From Bacteroidales bacterium (GTDB lineage: Bacteria; Bacteroidota; Bacteroidia; Bacteroidales; CAIWKO01): DNA of 64,000 nt. The notes under the pieces are model-generated. The model ran no database searches. It saw only the letters and a program-made list of their open reading frames with translations, and was not told where the DNA came from. Positions 1 through 10,414 of the stretch are shown piece by piece (the first letter of the stretch is position 1; every line of letters starts with the position of its first letter). The stretch is taken from contig DAOORA010000003.1 of NCBI GenBank assembly GCA_035389045.1, positions 62,001-126,000 of the forward strand, given 5' to 3'. The translations under genes were made by a program, and so were the position numbers.

Positions 1-156
1 TTTTTGTTGAGGGGGCTGCAATTTAAATTCTTCAAAAAAACTATTCAGAATGCCGTTTTTGCCAAGATATTTTATGCGGAATTGCTCGAGTTCATCGGGA
101 TTTGTCGTGATAAATACACTAATCTCGTCAAGATGACGCTTAATATTGTTTTCCAT
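1..156 (-). CDS. pheS: Phenylalanine--tRNA ligase alpha subunit, N-terminal part (runs off the window edge)
   Basis: Not in the ORF track. Manual translation from ATG at 156 gives MENNIKRHLDEISVFITTNPDELEQFRIKYLGKNGILNSFFEEFKLQPPQQK, matching the PheS N-terminal coiled-coil motif (LE.FRIKYLGK.G.L). Confidence 0.85.
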   Translation of the reverse strand, partial: MENNIKRHLDEISVFITTNPDELEQFRIKYLGKNGILNSFFEEFKLQPPQQK

Positions 157-214
157 TGTATTGAACAGTTAATTTTTGAAAAGCCGGCCAGAAATGTACT
201 TATAATTGAAGTAC

Positions 215-856
215 TTACTTCAATTCAATGATTTCCATTTTAACGTCTTCTACCGGTTTATCGCCGGGCTGTGTTTTTACGGCGGCAATTTTGTGTATTA
301 CATCAAAGCCATCGGTAACTTCACCGAAAACAGTATAATTTCCATCCAGATGAGGCGTGCCGCCTTTGGTTTTGTAAGTTTCACGCTCTGTTGCGGTAAA
401 CTTTTTATTCATGCGCTGTTCAAAGGAATTAAGTTCCTCATCGGTATATACTTTTCCCTGAACAATGTAAAATTGTGAGCCCGATGATGCTTTTAGCGGG
501 TTGACCTGATCGCCCATGCGTGCTGCGGCCAGGGCGCCGAATTTATGAAAATACTTAGGCGTAATTTCGGCAGGTATGGTATAGCCCACATCTTCACCAC
601 CGGCCTTGGCGCCCCCGCCTTGGATCATGAAATGATTGATGACGCGGTGAAAAACCGATCCGTTATAAAAACCCTCCTTGACGAGTTTTGCAAAATTGTC
701 GCGGTGCTGCGGGGTTTCATTATATAGCTTCAGCGTAATGTCGCCATAGCTGGTTTTAAGCAAAAACTTAAGTTCAGTCCCGGATTGTTCGTTTTGACCA
801 AAACCTGCTGCATTGATTAGAAACAGGCCTAAAAAGAAGACAATAATTTTTTTCAT
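215..856 (-). CDS. Cyclophilin-type peptidyl-prolyl cis-trans isomerase with signal peptide
   Basis: Motifs FHRVINHFMIQGG, SSGSQFYIV, HLDGNYTVFGEV; hydrophobic N-terminus. Confidence 0.93.
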   Translation of the reverse strand: MKKIIVFFLGLFLINAAGFGQNEQSGTELKFLLKTSYGDITLKLYNETPQHRDNFAKLVKEGFYNGSVFHRVINHFMIQGGGAKAGGEDVGYTIPAEITPKYFHKFGALAAARMGDQVNPLKASSGSQFYIVQGKVYTDEELNSFEQRMNKKFTATERETYKTKGGTPHLDGNYTVFGEVTDGFDVIHKIAAVKTQPGDKPVEDVKMEIIELK

Positions 857-951
857 AACGATATTTTTTTTAAATTTGTCTATATTTTAAAACAAAATGA
901 TTTAATTTGCGTATAAAATTGTTCAGAACAAAATTAAATAAAAAAATAACA

Positions 952-1317
952 ATGAAAATAGTTCTACCGAAAAATGTATTTGCGATACTTATGGTTGCAG
1001 GCTTGTTTTTTCTTGTTTTTTATGGCTGTAAAAAAGAAAGCACTGACTGTACGGCAATAATCACCGCGAAACAATTGAATGACACCAATGTGGTCGTTTC
1101 TTATGCAGATATTATTATTGCTCCTCAGTATCAAGATGTTAGAGTTGAAGGAAAAACAGATATCGCAGGTATTTTTCAACATGTTTTCAAGTATGAAGGC
1201 ATTCTTGATGTAATTGTTTTTAAACCCATAACAGGAACTACAGATTCATTGATCGGCAGGGGTGTTATCCGGTTAAAACCGGGAGAAACCACCCTGAAAA
1301 CAATTTTTGTAAAGTAA
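952..1317 (+). CDS. Hypothetical lipoprotein
   Basis: Signal peptide with lipobox-like FYG-C followed by KKE; ATG at 952 after an A-rich stretch (ORF track starts at 907). Confidence 0.7.
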   Translation: MKIVLPKNVFAILMVAGLFFLVFYGCKKESTDCTAIITAKQLNDTNVVVSYADIIIAPQYQDVRVEGKTDIAGIFQHVFKYEGILDVIVFKPITGTTDSLIGRGVIRLKPGETTLKTIFVK

Positions 1318-1905
1318 TCATTCGCTGGCAGGGGGTTTCATAACCTCATTATAACAATTTCTGCACAAAGGTTCATAAGTATCTGTTTCTCCAAGCAAGA
1401 CTAGTTTATTATTTTCGACCATACGATGTGATACGTGTGCCAGGCTGCCGCAACGCACACAGATAGCATGTACCTTGGTAACGTACTCTGCAGAGGCCAT
1501 CAGCGCCGGCATAGGCCCAAAAGGTTTTCCGAGATAATCCATGTCGAGGCCGGCAACAATGACCCGTATTCCGCGATCGGCCAGCATATTGCAAACATTG
1601 ATGATCTCTGCATCAAAAAACTGAGCCTCATCAATACCCACAACATCCACATCCGTAGAGAGCAGCAGGATTTCTGAAGAAGAATCTACGGGTGTGGATT
1701 TAATCGAGTTTTCATCATGGGATACCACATTTTCTAAATCGTAACGGGTGTCCACAGCAGGTTTGAAAATCTCAACACGTTGTTTTGCATATTTGGCTCG
1801 TTTCAACAAACGTATCAATTCTTCGGTTTTGCCGGAAAACATCGATCCGCAAATGACTTCGATATATCCTTTTCTGCACGTTTCATGGGTTTTTTCTGTA
1901 AACAT
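1318..1905 (-). CDS. tdk: Thymidine kinase
   Basis: [12 protein letters not shown]-loop, IDEAQFF, Zn-binding CVRC and CRNC. Confidence 0.96.
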   Translation of the reverse strand: MFTEKTHETCRKGYIEVICGSMFSGKTEELIRLLKRAKYAKQRVEIFKPAVDTRYDLENVVSHDENSIKSTPVDSSSEILLLSTDVDVVGIDEAQFFDAEIINVCNMLADRGIRVIVAGLDMDYLGKPFGPMPALMASAEYVTKVHAICVRCGSLAHVSHRMVENNKLVLLGETDTYEPLCRNCYNEVMKPPASE

Positions 1906-1983
1906 TGCCGGGAGTATTAAAATTTTATAATTTTATGCCTGTAAAATATCGCAAATTTAATATTAACCTTTAAGTTTTCAAAT

Positions 1984-2913
1984 ATGGCAATCAATCTTGT
2001 TAAAGGAGAAATTAAAATTATCCTGGAAACTTTAACCGAACAGCTCAGTACCATCAGCCAGTACCAGGAAAAAATCCCCCAGATAGAAATCGACATTATC
2101 ATGGCAAACATACGAAGATTGTATGAAAGATTCAACGATCTGGATTATCTTAATAAAAAACCAGTATTAATAAAAACAGATAGTAATCAGTCCGTCCAGG
2201 ATAAACAGGAAGAACCCCGCATTAATCCCATCGAAATTAAAGCTGTTGTAACAGAACTAAAAGATTCAACAGAGGAAATCAAAAAAGAACCGGAACCCCA
2301 CCTTAAAGATGATCTGTTTGATGAAAAAGAGGCGATTCTGAACGAACCCGCTCAGGACATCCCTTATACAGATAAAGAAATAAAACCTGATAAAATAAAA
2401 CAGCCGGATACTCCCAAAGAAGTTGCCCCGCCCCATATCGTAAATGAAGTGACAGAAGACCTGTTTAAAGCTGCTCCTGAGAAAAAAAAGGATGAAATGC
2501 CCCAGCAGACAGAACCTCCGCAAAAACCTAAGAAAGAAAAGCCAAAATCAGCCGATCTGTTTTCGCTGAATGAAAAAGAAACGATTGCCGACAAGTATAA
2601 AGAGACGCCCAAATCAGTTCATGAAAAAATTTCAGCAGAGAAAAACGATAAAACAGTCGCCCAAAAGATCGGAAAAACATCAGTACCCAATCTGAAAAGC
2701 GCCATAGGGATCAATGATAAATTTCTTTTCATCAACCAGTTATTTAAGGGTGATCTTCAGGAATATAACAAAACCATTGACCGGCTGAATGCCTGTACCA
2801 ATATCGACCTGGCCACCAATGCACTTGAAGACCTGAGGGCTGCCCACAACTGGGACAACGGCGATGAGGCCTATCAGAAACTCCAGGATCTTGTAATCGG
2901 AAAGCTGCTGTGA
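1984..2913 (+). CDS. Hypothetical protein with low-complexity E/K/P linker and helical C-terminal domain
   Basis: 309-aa ORF; the C-terminal LKSAIGINDKFLFINQLFKGD segment resembles a Bacteroidota hypothetical family. Confidence 0.75.
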   Translation: MAINLVKGEIKIILETLTEQLSTISQYQEKIPQIEIDIIMANIRRLYERFNDLDYLNKKPVLIKTDSNQSVQDKQEEPRINPIEIKAVVTELKDSTEEIKKEPEPHLKDDLFDEKEAILNEPAQDIPYTDKEIKPDKIKQPDTPKEVAPPHIVNEVTEDLFKAAPEKKKDEMPQQTEPPQKPKKEKPKSADLFSLNEKETIADKYKETPKSVHEKISAEKNDKTVAQKIGKTSVPNLKSAIGINDKFLFINQLFKGDLQEYNKTIDRLNACTNIDLATNALEDLRAAHNWDNGDEAYQKLQDLVIGKLL

Positions 2914-4172
2914 TCTTGAAAAAAACAATACTGCTCACGGCAATATTTTTCCTGCTGACTGTTCATGCATATTCACAACACCCCGAATATGCCAGAAGCA
3001 TGATTGACACACTTACTATGCCTGATTTTTACGGCAGGGGATATGTGAACGCGGGAGAGAAAAAAGCGGCAGATTTTATTGCCGGACAACTGAAAAAACT
3101 AAACGTTAAACCTTTTCAGGACAGCTATTTTCAGCCGTTTACCCTATCTATAAATACCCTGCCCGGGGATGTCGACCTGAAAATCAACGGAAAACCACTG
3201 TCGCCGGCAACAGACTTCCTTGTCAGCCCCGATGCTCCCTCAGCCGAAATGATGTGCACACACGTTACCCTGTTGAATGAAAAAACACTGAAAACGGACC
3301 GGAACATTAAGAAATTTAAGTCGGGTAACTACAGCAACCGGGTTCTGGTGATAGATACGGGTTTTAAAAAACCGGATGAGCCCGAACTTAGTAACGCGCC
3401 GCTAATTTTGAAAATCAACGATAAAAACTTATCGTGGCGCGTTTCACATGCACAGCAACAAAAAAATCAGGTGCGGGTTGATATTAAGAGGGAAGCCATG
3501 CCTCAGAAAATCAAGAAGATAGAATTAAAAATTGATGCCCGGCTCGAAGAGAATTATCCTACACAAAATGTGGTGGCTTATATGCCCGGAAAGGTGTATC
3601 CCGACACCTTCGTTGTGGTGGGCGCGCATTACGATCATCTGGGGATGATGGGCAATAAGACCTGCTTCCCCGGGGCTAACGACAATGCCAGCGGAACCGC
3701 TATGGTACTCGACCTGGCACGTTATTTTTCCGATACGGCCCATATGGGAAAATACTCCATTGCCTTTATCTTTTTCACTGCAGAGGAAGCCGGACTGCTC
3801 GGATCGGAATATTATACCGAACATCCTTTATTTCCGCTGAAAAACATTAAATTCATGCTGAACCTCGATATGGTAGGCACAGGAAGCGATGGTATAAAAG
3901 TGGTTAACGGAAGCATTTTAACCAAAGAATTTGAGCTGCTGAAATCGATCAATGAACAATATAACTATCTGAAAACGGTCAGCGCAAGAGGCGAAGCGGC
4001 CAACAGCGATCATTATTTTTTTTATAAGAACGGGGTGAAAAGTTTTTTTATTTACACCCTGGGAGATGAATATAAGGAATATCATACCACCACAGATAAA
4101 GCCGCAGGACTTCCGCTGACAAAATATCCGGAACTTTTTAAATTGGTCGTTGGTTTTATTCAATCTTTATAA
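2910..4172 (+). CDS. M28-family metallo-aminopeptidase, exported
   Basis: GAHYDHLG, GANDNASG, AEEAGLLGS, NLDMVG, SDH and YH motifs; signal peptide. Confidence 0.92.
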   Translation: MILKKTILLTAIFFLLTVHAYSQHPEYARSMIDTLTMPDFYGRGYVNAGEKKAADFIAGQLKKLNVKPFQDSYFQPFTLSINTLPGDVDLKINGKPLSPATDFLVSPDAPSAEMMCTHVTLLNEKTLKTDRNIKKFKSGNYSNRVLVIDTGFKKPDEPELSNAPLILKINDKNLSWRVSHAQQQKNQVRVDIKREAMPQKIKKIELKIDARLEENYPTQNVVAYMPGKVYPDTFVVVGAHYDHLGMMGNKTCFPGANDNASGTAMVLDLARYFSDTAHMGKYSIAFIFFTAEEAGLLGSEYYTEHPLFPLKNIKFMLNLDMVGTGSDGIKVVNGSILTKEFELLKSINEQYNYLKTVSARGEAANSDHYFFYKNGVKSFFIYTLGDEYKEYHTTTDKAAGLPLTKYPELFKLVVGFIQSL

Positions 4173-4295
4173 TTTTTTTTTAATTCAGGCAACCATTTAC
4201 TTTTCATTTGTGTCTATTATCATGTTAAACCCCAAAGTGCGAGAGGTTTTTGTCATTACCCTTCAAAGCCTGAGCGCACAGTAAAGTTCCGAGAT

Positions 4296-4321
4296 GAACA
4301 GCCCCGCACCCGGGGCTGTTC
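4296..4321 (+). terminator. GC-rich hairpin (terminator-like)
   Basis: gaacagccccg-cacc-cggggctgttc, 11-bp perfect stem; U-tract is weak. Confidence 0.6.
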
Positions 4322-4366
4322 GCATTATTGAAGTTGCCTGATGTTTCTCTGAACGGATAATCGTTC

Positions 4367-4374
4367 TATCTTTG
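4367..4374 (+). promoter_or_regulatory. Bacteroidota -7 promoter element for the USP gene
   Basis: TATCTTTG matches TAnnTTTG, 14 nt before the ATG at 4389. Confidence 0.65.
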
Positions 4375-4388
4375 CAAATTATTTCAAT

Positions 4389-5255
4389 ATGGAAGAAAAA
4401 ACACCCAAACAACAGGTGCTGGTGCCTTATGATTTTTCTAAAGCCTCCGAAAATGCACTATTATGTGCTGTGGAACTGGCGTCGTTGTTTCAATGTGAGA
4501 TCAGTCTTATTCATGCCCTGACACGAAAAAACATTAAACTATACAGCAACCTTTCTGAAGCAGAAACCCTCGTCAAAAAGAAACTGGTTGCATTTGCCAG
4601 GGATATCATCGAAATGGACCATGTTCAGGTCAATGTATATGTTTTCAGGGATGAAGTGGATAAGGTCATTAATAAGATTTACGAGCGCATTAATGCAATA
4701 GCGGTTATTGCGGGCTTAAATTCAAAAAAAGGTGTTTATGATTTTTTCAGTTCGGGCACTATAGTCACTGATTACAGAGAGTTACGCATCCCGGTTATAG
4801 TAGTTCACGATGTGTTATGTCGCCGGAGTTTTTTCAGCGGAATGGTGCTTCCTCTTGATTTTAACAGGGAGTCCAAAGAAAAATCAGCTTGGGTGGGGCA
4901 TATAAGCACGCTGAACAAAACAAAAGTTACCATATTGGCACGACAGTACAAAGATGCTTATTTTGCCGCTTCTTTGCGCAGCAACCTGGCTCTGGTAAAA
5001 AAATTATACAAAAATCTTAATGTGGAGTACCAGATTGTAAATGAGCCCGCTGTTAAAAGCGATATTGATAAATATGCTGTTGACTATGCCTGGTACAACA
5101 AGGGCGATATGGTAGTGATAATGGCCACCAAAGAAATTGCAGTAGACGACCTTATTTTCGGACTAAAAGAGAAGAAGATCATTGACAATAAGTATAAGCT
5201 GCCGATAATGTTTATCAATCCGCGCGACGACCTTTACCTGCCCTGTGGTTGCTGA
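4389..5255 (+). CDS. Universal stress protein (tandem USP domains)
   Basis: VLVPYDFSKASENAL N-terminal USP motif, second VLPLDF motif, terminal LPIMFINP. Confidence 0.85.
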   Translation: MEEKTPKQQVLVPYDFSKASENALLCAVELASLFQCEISLIHALTRKNIKLYSNLSEAETLVKKKLVAFARDIIEMDHVQVNVYVFRDEVDKVINKIYERINAIAVIAGLNSKKGVYDFFSSGTIVTDYRELRIPVIVVHDVLCRRSFFSGMVLPLDFNRESKEKSAWVGHISTLNKTKVTILARQYKDAYFAASLRSNLALVKKLYKNLNVEYQIVNEPAVKSDIDKYAVDYAWYNKGDMVVIMATKEIAVDDLIFGLKEKKIIDNKYKLPIMFINPRDDLYLPCGC

Positions 5256-5923
5256 ATGTCCGTTTCATGCTCTTCTGGGGTCCCCGAAGCACTCAGTAAA
5301 GGTTTAAAGAGTCTTTTCTGGAAAATAAGAAGGATAAAAACAGCTACGGTGATGGTGGCGTCGGCAATATTAAACACGGGTTCAAAAAAAGTAAACGGTT
5401 GCCCGCCCCAAAACGGAAACCACGAGGGAAGTTGTATTGTAAATAAAGGGAAATAAAACATATCCACCACTTTACCGTGCAAAAATGTGGAATATCCGCC
5501 TTCTTCAGGGAAAATAACCGCCTTGTCGAAAAGTGAGCTTTCGCCAAAAAACAATCCATAAAAGGCGCTGTCGATGATGTTTCCGAAAGCCCCGGCCAGT
5601 ATAAGCGAAATCGTAATTATTAAAAAAACTCCGGCTTTCTTTTTGATGAGATAAGCGATGTACCAGCCGATAGCACAAACGGCCAGGATACGGAAGATGC
5701 TCAGTATGATCTTCCCATAATTTCCTGCAAACTCCATCCCGAAAGCCATCCCGTAGTTTTCAATGAAATGTAACTGAAACCAGTTCCATCCAAAAACAGG
5801 GTATGATTCGCCCAGATAAAAATGCGTTTTTACCCAGATTTTTAATAGCTGGTCACAGAGTAGAACAAAAAAAATTACGGATGCTGAGATCAGCACCTTC
5901 TTTTTGGAATCGTTCAGGGTCAC
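5234..5923 (-). CDS. lspA: Lipoprotein signal peptidase (SPase II)
   Basis: ENYGMAFG, GAFGNIID, VVDM and FNIAD motifs; multiple transmembrane segments. Confidence 0.95.
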   Translation of the reverse strand: MTLNDSKKKVLISASVIFFVLLCDQLLKIWVKTHFYLGESYPVFGWNWFQLHFIENYGMAFGMEFAGNYGKIILSIFRILAVCAIGWYIAYLIKKKAGVFLIITISLILAGAFGNIIDSAFYGLFFGESSLFDKAVIFPEEGGYSTFLHGKVVDMFYFPLFTIQLPSWFPFWGGQPFTFFEPVFNIADATITVAVFILLIFQKRLFKPLLSASGTPEEHETDIQQPQGR

Positions 5924-6885
5924 CGAGGTTTGTTTTGCTGAAGCTTGGCTTCCATGCTCAGTGTGGCATGGGGAACTATTTTAAGACGTTCTTTTGAAAT
6001 AAGTTTTCCGGTGACACGGCAGATGCCGTACGATTTGTTTTCAATTCGTATCAGGGCGTTTTCCAGGTTGGAGATGAATTTTACCTGGCGCATGGCCAGC
6101 TGGCTGTTTTCTTCTTTGGAAAGAACCTGAGAGCCTTCTTCCAGGATCTTAAAAGTAGGCGAGGTGTCATTGATATCCTGGCCGGAATTATTTGAATAGG
6201 CTTCTGTCAGAAGTTCAAGGTCGCGGCGTGCTTCTTCAAGTTTTTTCAGAATGATCTCTTTGAATTCCTGAAGTTCTTCATCAGAGTACCTGGTTTTTAA
6301 CGAAATTTCTGCTTTTACTTCCGCAGGCCTGGTTTCGGTAACTTTCTTGGGGTGCACAGGTTTTTTTTCAGGAGTCTTGATGGCTTTTATCTCCTTTTCG
6401 GGCGCCACTTTTTTATCCTTTGCGACAACTTCCTTTTTTACAGGCTTTTGTGTGATTTTTTTAAGAGGCGTTTCTTTTACGGCAACTTTCTTTTGAGGAA
6501 CAGCCGGCACATTCTTTTTCTCAGTCACTATCTTTGCAACAGGCTTACTGACAGTCTTTACTGCCACAGTTTTTTTAATTTCGGCTTTCTTTTTCGGAGC
6601 CACAGCAACCTTTTTTGTCACCGTTTTTTTTGCTGCGACTTTTTTAGTTGTTTTTTGCACAGTTGTTGTTTTTTTTGCAGCCGGTTTCGCTGTTGTTTTT
6701 TTCACGGCCGTCTTCTTTATGGGCGCAGCTTTTGCCGGTTTTACGTTAACTTTCTTTACAACAACCTGTTTTGTTATCTTTTTTGGCGTTGTTTCTTTTT
6801 TCGGAGCCGTTTTTTTTGCTGCCGTTTTCTTTATGGGAACAGCTTTTACATTTTTTTTAACAGCTTTTGTAACCTTCTTTTGCAT
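5920..6885 (-). CDS. DksA/TraR-family protein with long Lys/Ala/Thr/Val-rich N-terminal tail
   Basis: C-terminal LENALIRIENKSYGICRVTGKLISKERLKIVPHATLS; sits in the ileS-dksA-lspA gene order. Confidence 0.88.
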   Translation of the reverse strand: MQKKVTKAVKKNVKAVPIKKTAAKKTAPKKETTPKKITKQVVVKKVNVKPAKAAPIKKTAVKKTTAKPAAKKTTTVQKTTKKVAAKKTVTKKVAVAPKKKAEIKKTVAVKTVSKPVAKIVTEKKNVPAVPQKKVAVKETPLKKITQKPVKKEVVAKDKKVAPEKEIKAIKTPEKKPVHPKKVTETRPAEVKAEISLKTRYSDEELQEFKEIILKKLEEARRDLELLTEAYSNNSGQDINDTSPTFKILEEGSQVLSKEENSQLAMRQVKFISNLENALIRIENKSYGICRVTGKLISKERLKIVPHATLSMEAKLQQNKPR

Positions 6886-6915
6886 GATATTGTTTTTATT
6901 GATTTACTATAACAT

Positions 6916-9900
6916 TTAAGCTTTGTTTAAAGAAACAAACGTGTTTATGTCGTCAGTCAGTTCAAGATAGTGTTTTTCGCCGGCAATGTCTTCAACGAAA
7001 TTAATTGATACGGCTAAAATTTCGGTGCAAATATAAGAAAAATTATTTTCCACAGCTTTTAATAAATCAGGACGCTTTTCAAATTCAACCCTTATTTTGT
7101 CTGTGACCTCCAGTCCAAGCTCTTTCCGGAGATTCTGGACTCTGTTGACCAGTTCTCTTGCCACGCCTTCTTCTTTTAGCTGTTCGGTGAGCGTAATGTC
7201 AAGTGCGACAGTGGTATTATCGGCCACGGCAACAACCCAGCCAGGAATATCTTCGGTAATGATTTCTACATCAGATAGTTCGAGATACAGTACTGTTCTA
7301 TCTACGATGATCTGAATTTTATTATTTTTCTCAAAATCATAGATTTGCTCCTGAGACAATCCGGCCACAGCCGCAGCCACCTGTTTCATCATTTTTCCGA
7401 ATTTCGGACCGCAGGATTTGTAATCCGGCTTGATCTTCTTTACAAGAATATTGGCAGAACCTTCGAGATATTCAATTTCCTTGATATTCACTTCGGACAG
7501 GATGAGATTTTTTACCGCTTCGATCTGTTTTTTCATCTGTGGATCGATGATCGGTATCATGATCTTATTCAGGGGCTGGCGTACCCTGAGGTTGTGCTTT
7601 TTACGAAGCGAAAGAACCATCGAAGATATTTTCTGCGCAAGCTGCATCCGTTCTTCCAGGTCTTTATCCACATAATTCAAATTTGCAGTGGGGAAACTGG
7701 TCAGATGAACAGAACTTGTATTTAATCGTCCAGAAACCGAATTCAGATCCAGAAAGAGTTTTTCGGAGAAAAAAGGAGCGATAGGGGAAGATAAGCGGGC
7801 AAGGGTTTCCAGGCAGGTGTATAACGTCTGATAGGCGGCTATTTTATCTTCGGTGTATTCGCCTTTCCAGAAACGACGCCTGCAAAGACGCACATACCAG
7901 TTGCTCAGGTATTCATCTACAAAGTCCTGGATAAGCCTTCCGGCACGCGTAGGCTCGTATTCCGAAAAACACCGGTCCACCTCCGCCATCAGCGTATTGA
8001 GTTCTGATATGATCCACCGGTCTATTTCCGGCCTTTTACCGACAGGTATTTCTTCCTCCTGATAGGCAAATCCGTCAATATTGGCGTATAAAGCAAAGAA
8101 TGCATAGGTATTGTAAAGGGTTCCGAAGAACTTGCGCTGAACCTCGCCTATACCCTCAGCATCAAATTTCAGGTTGTCCCAGGGCTGCGAATTGGTGATC
8201 ATATACCAGCGGGTGGCGTCGGGGCCGTACTTTGCAATGGTATCAAAAGGATCTGCTGCATTTCCCAGCCGTTTCGACATTTTATTTCCGTTTTTGTCAA
8301 GCACAAGGCCGTTTGAAACGACATTTTTATATGCCACTGAATCAAAAAGCATGACAGCTATGGCATGCAGAGTAAAGAACCATCCACGGGTCTGATCAAC
8401 GCCTTCGGCAATAAAATCGGCAGGAAACTTTGCCCTGAAAACTTCTGAATTTTCAAACGGATAATGTAGCTGTGCATAAGGCATAGATCCCGAATCGAAC
8501 CAGACATCAATGAGGTCGGGCTCGCGGAACATCTTTTTCCCGCTGGCCGAAACAAGAATTATTTCATCAACATAAGGACGGTGAAGATCGATAGTATTAT
8601 AGTTTTCCTTTGTGAAATCTCCGGGAACGAAATCCTTGTATGGGTTAGCAGCCATATATCCTTTTTCAACCGCTTTTTCAATCTCCTTTTTTAATTGTTC
8701 CACCGATCCCATGCAAAGCTGTTCGCTGCGGTCAGGCGTCGACCATATCGGCAGAGGCACCCCCCAGTAACGTGAGCGCGAAAGATTCCAGTCCACAAGG
8801 TTTTCCAGCCAGTTGCCAAAACGCCCCGTACCGGTACTTTCCGGCTTCCAGTTGATGGTTTTGTTCAGTTCTATCATCCGTTCTTTGCAAGCCGTAGTTT
8901 TGATAAACCACGAGTCAAGCGGATAGTAAAGTATAGGCTTGTCGGTACGCCAGCAATGCGGATAAGAATGTTCGTATTTTTCGGATTTGAAAGCCCTGTT
9001 TTCTTTTTTCAGCTTAACAATAATGTCAATATCTACATTGTTGCCCGGTTCTGTGTTCGGGTTGGTGTCGTATTCATTTTTTACGTATCTGCCGGCAAAT
9101 TCACCCATCTCTTTGGTGAATCTTCCCTGTTTGTCAACCAGTATCAGTGAGCCGAGGCCGTGTTGTTTAGCGGTCCGGAAGTCATCAGCGCCAAAACTGG
9201 GCGCAATATGCACGATACCCGTTCCGTCATCGGTGGTGACAAAATCGCCCGCAACCACTTTAAAAGCATCGCCGTCGTCTGGCTGGGCAAAAGGAAGAAG
9301 CTGTTCATAGCGGATCCCGTCAAGCTGTTTTCCTTTGAACTCTGCAACTATGCCATAAGGAATGTTTTTGTCACCGGGCTTATAGCCTTCCATTAGCAAG
9401 GCTGCATTTTTTTCAGGGAAAAAAGTTTCTTTAAGATTTTTCGCAAGTATCACGGTAACAGGCTGATGGGTGTATTGATTAAAGGTGGCTACAGCAACAT
9501 AATCAATATCGGCTCCGACAGCCAGCGCGGTGTTCGACGGAAGTGTCCATGGTGTGGTGGTCCAGGCCAGTATGAATAATTCGCCATGAATGTTTTTCTG
9601 AAGTTCGTTTACCAGGGCGTGTTCATTGCAAATCACCCGGAACTGTGCTACCACTGTATTATCCTTAACATCTTTGTAGCATCCGGGTAAATTCAGCTCG
9701 TGCGAACTCAATCCGGTGCCTGCAGCAGGGGAATAAGGTTGTATGGTATATCCTTTGTAGAGCAGGCCTTTTTCATAAAGCCGGCTGAGCAGGTGCCAAA
9801 CGGTTTCGATGTACTTGTTGTCAAACGTGATATAGGGATTTTCAAGGTCAACCCAATAGCCCATCCTGACGGTAAGGTCGTCCCATTGATCCTTGTATTT

Positions 9901-10281
9901 CATAACTTCTTTGCGGCACTGGGCGTTATATTCTTCAACCGTGATGGATTTTCCTATGTCTTCTTTGGTGATCCCCAGTGTCTTTTCAACAGCTATTTCA
10001 ATGGGCAGTCCGTGGGTGTCCCAGCCGGCCTTACGTTCCACGTAATAACCCTTTAATGTCTTGTAACGGCAAAAAATATCCTTTATGGCACGGGCCATCA
10101 CATGGTGGATGCCGGGCTGGCCGTTGGCCGAAGGAGGACCTTCGTAAAAGACATAGGGGGGATTTCCCTTACGGGTATCAATACTTTGATGAAAAACATC
10201 ATGCTGCTGCCAGTAGTCGTTTATCTCGCTTGCAATGTTTGTCAGGCTCAGTTGCTTGTATTCAGTGTATTTCTGTTTCAT
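6916..10281 (-). CDS. ileS: Isoleucine--tRNA ligase (type 2)
   Basis: GPPSANGQPGIHH, WTTTPWT, GTGIVHIAP, EGVDQTRGWF, KMSKR; likely start MKQKY at 10281. Confidence 0.97.
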   Translation of the reverse strand: MKQKYTEYKQLSLTNIASEINDYWQQHDVFHQSIDTRKGNPPYVFYEGPPSANGQPGIHHVMARAIKDIFCRYKTLKGYYVERKAGWDTHGLPIEIAVEKTLGITKEDIGKSITVEEYNAQCRKEVMKYKDQWDDLTVRMGYWVDLENPYITFDNKYIETVWHLLSRLYEKGLLYKGYTIQPYSPAAGTGLSSHELNLPGCYKDVKDNTVVAQFRVICNEHALVNELQKNIHGELFILAWTTTPWTLPSNTALAVGADIDYVAVATFNQYTHQPVTVILAKNLKETFFPEKNAALLMEGYKPGDKNIPYGIVAEFKGKQLDGIRYEQLLPFAQPDDGDAFKVVAGDFVTTDDGTGIVHIAPSFGADDFRTAKQHGLGSLILVDKQGRFTKEMGEFAGRYVKNEYDTNPNTEPGNNVDIDIIVKLKKENRAFKSEKYEHSYPHCWRTDKPILYYPLDSWFIKTTACKERMIELNKTINWKPESTGTGRFGNWLENLVDWNLSRSRYWGVPLPIWSTPDRSEQLCMGSVEQLKKEIEKAVEKGYMAANPYKDFVPGDFTKENYNTIDLHRPYVDEIILVSASGKKMFREPDLIDVWFDSGSMPYAQLHYPFENSEVFRAKFPADFIAEGVDQTRGWFFTLHAIAVMLFDSVAYKNVVSNGLVLDKNGNKMSKRLGNAADPFDTIAKYGPDATRWYMITNSQPWDNLKFDAEGIGEVQRKFFGTLYNTYAFFALYANIDGFAYQEEEIPVGKRPEIDRWIISELNTLMAEVDRCFSEYEPTRAGRLIQDFVDEYLSNWYVRLCRRRFWKGEYTEDKIAAYQTLYTCLETLARLSSPIAPFFSEKLFLDLNSVSGRLNTSSVHLTSFPTANLNYVDKDLEERMQLAQKISSMVLSLRKKHNLRVRQPLNKIMIPIIDPQMKKQIEAVKNLILSEVNIKEIEYLEGSANILVKKIKPDYKSCGPKFGKMMKQVAAAVAGLSQEQIYDFEKNNKIQIIVDRTVLYLELSDVEIITEDIPGWVVAVADNTTVALDITLTEQLKEEGVARELVNRVQNLRKELGLEVTDKIRVEFEKRPDLLKAVENNFSYICTEILAVSINFVEDIAGEKHYLELTDDINTFVSLNKA

Positions 10282-10314
10282 AGTAGTTATGTCACTCTTT
10301 AGAAAAAAAACGTG

Positions 10315-10322
10315 CAAAGGTA
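10315..10322 (-). promoter_or_regulatory. Bacteroidota -7 promoter element for ileS
   Basis: Reverse complement TACCTTTG about 35 nt upstream of the start. Confidence 0.6.
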
Positions 10323-10414
10323 TAAAAAATTCATAACAGGTGTATTGTCAAATATAGCAATCAGGGTTTTACATCCGGTTACCGGCAACTTTCCGCACCC
10401 TGCGGCAGAACCAT

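Noticed and set aside
6352..6912. 186-aa Phe/Cys-rich ORF on the + strand, and the many other short antisense ORFs in the track
   Set aside because: Shadow frames of real genes; this one mirrors the Lys-rich DksA tail.
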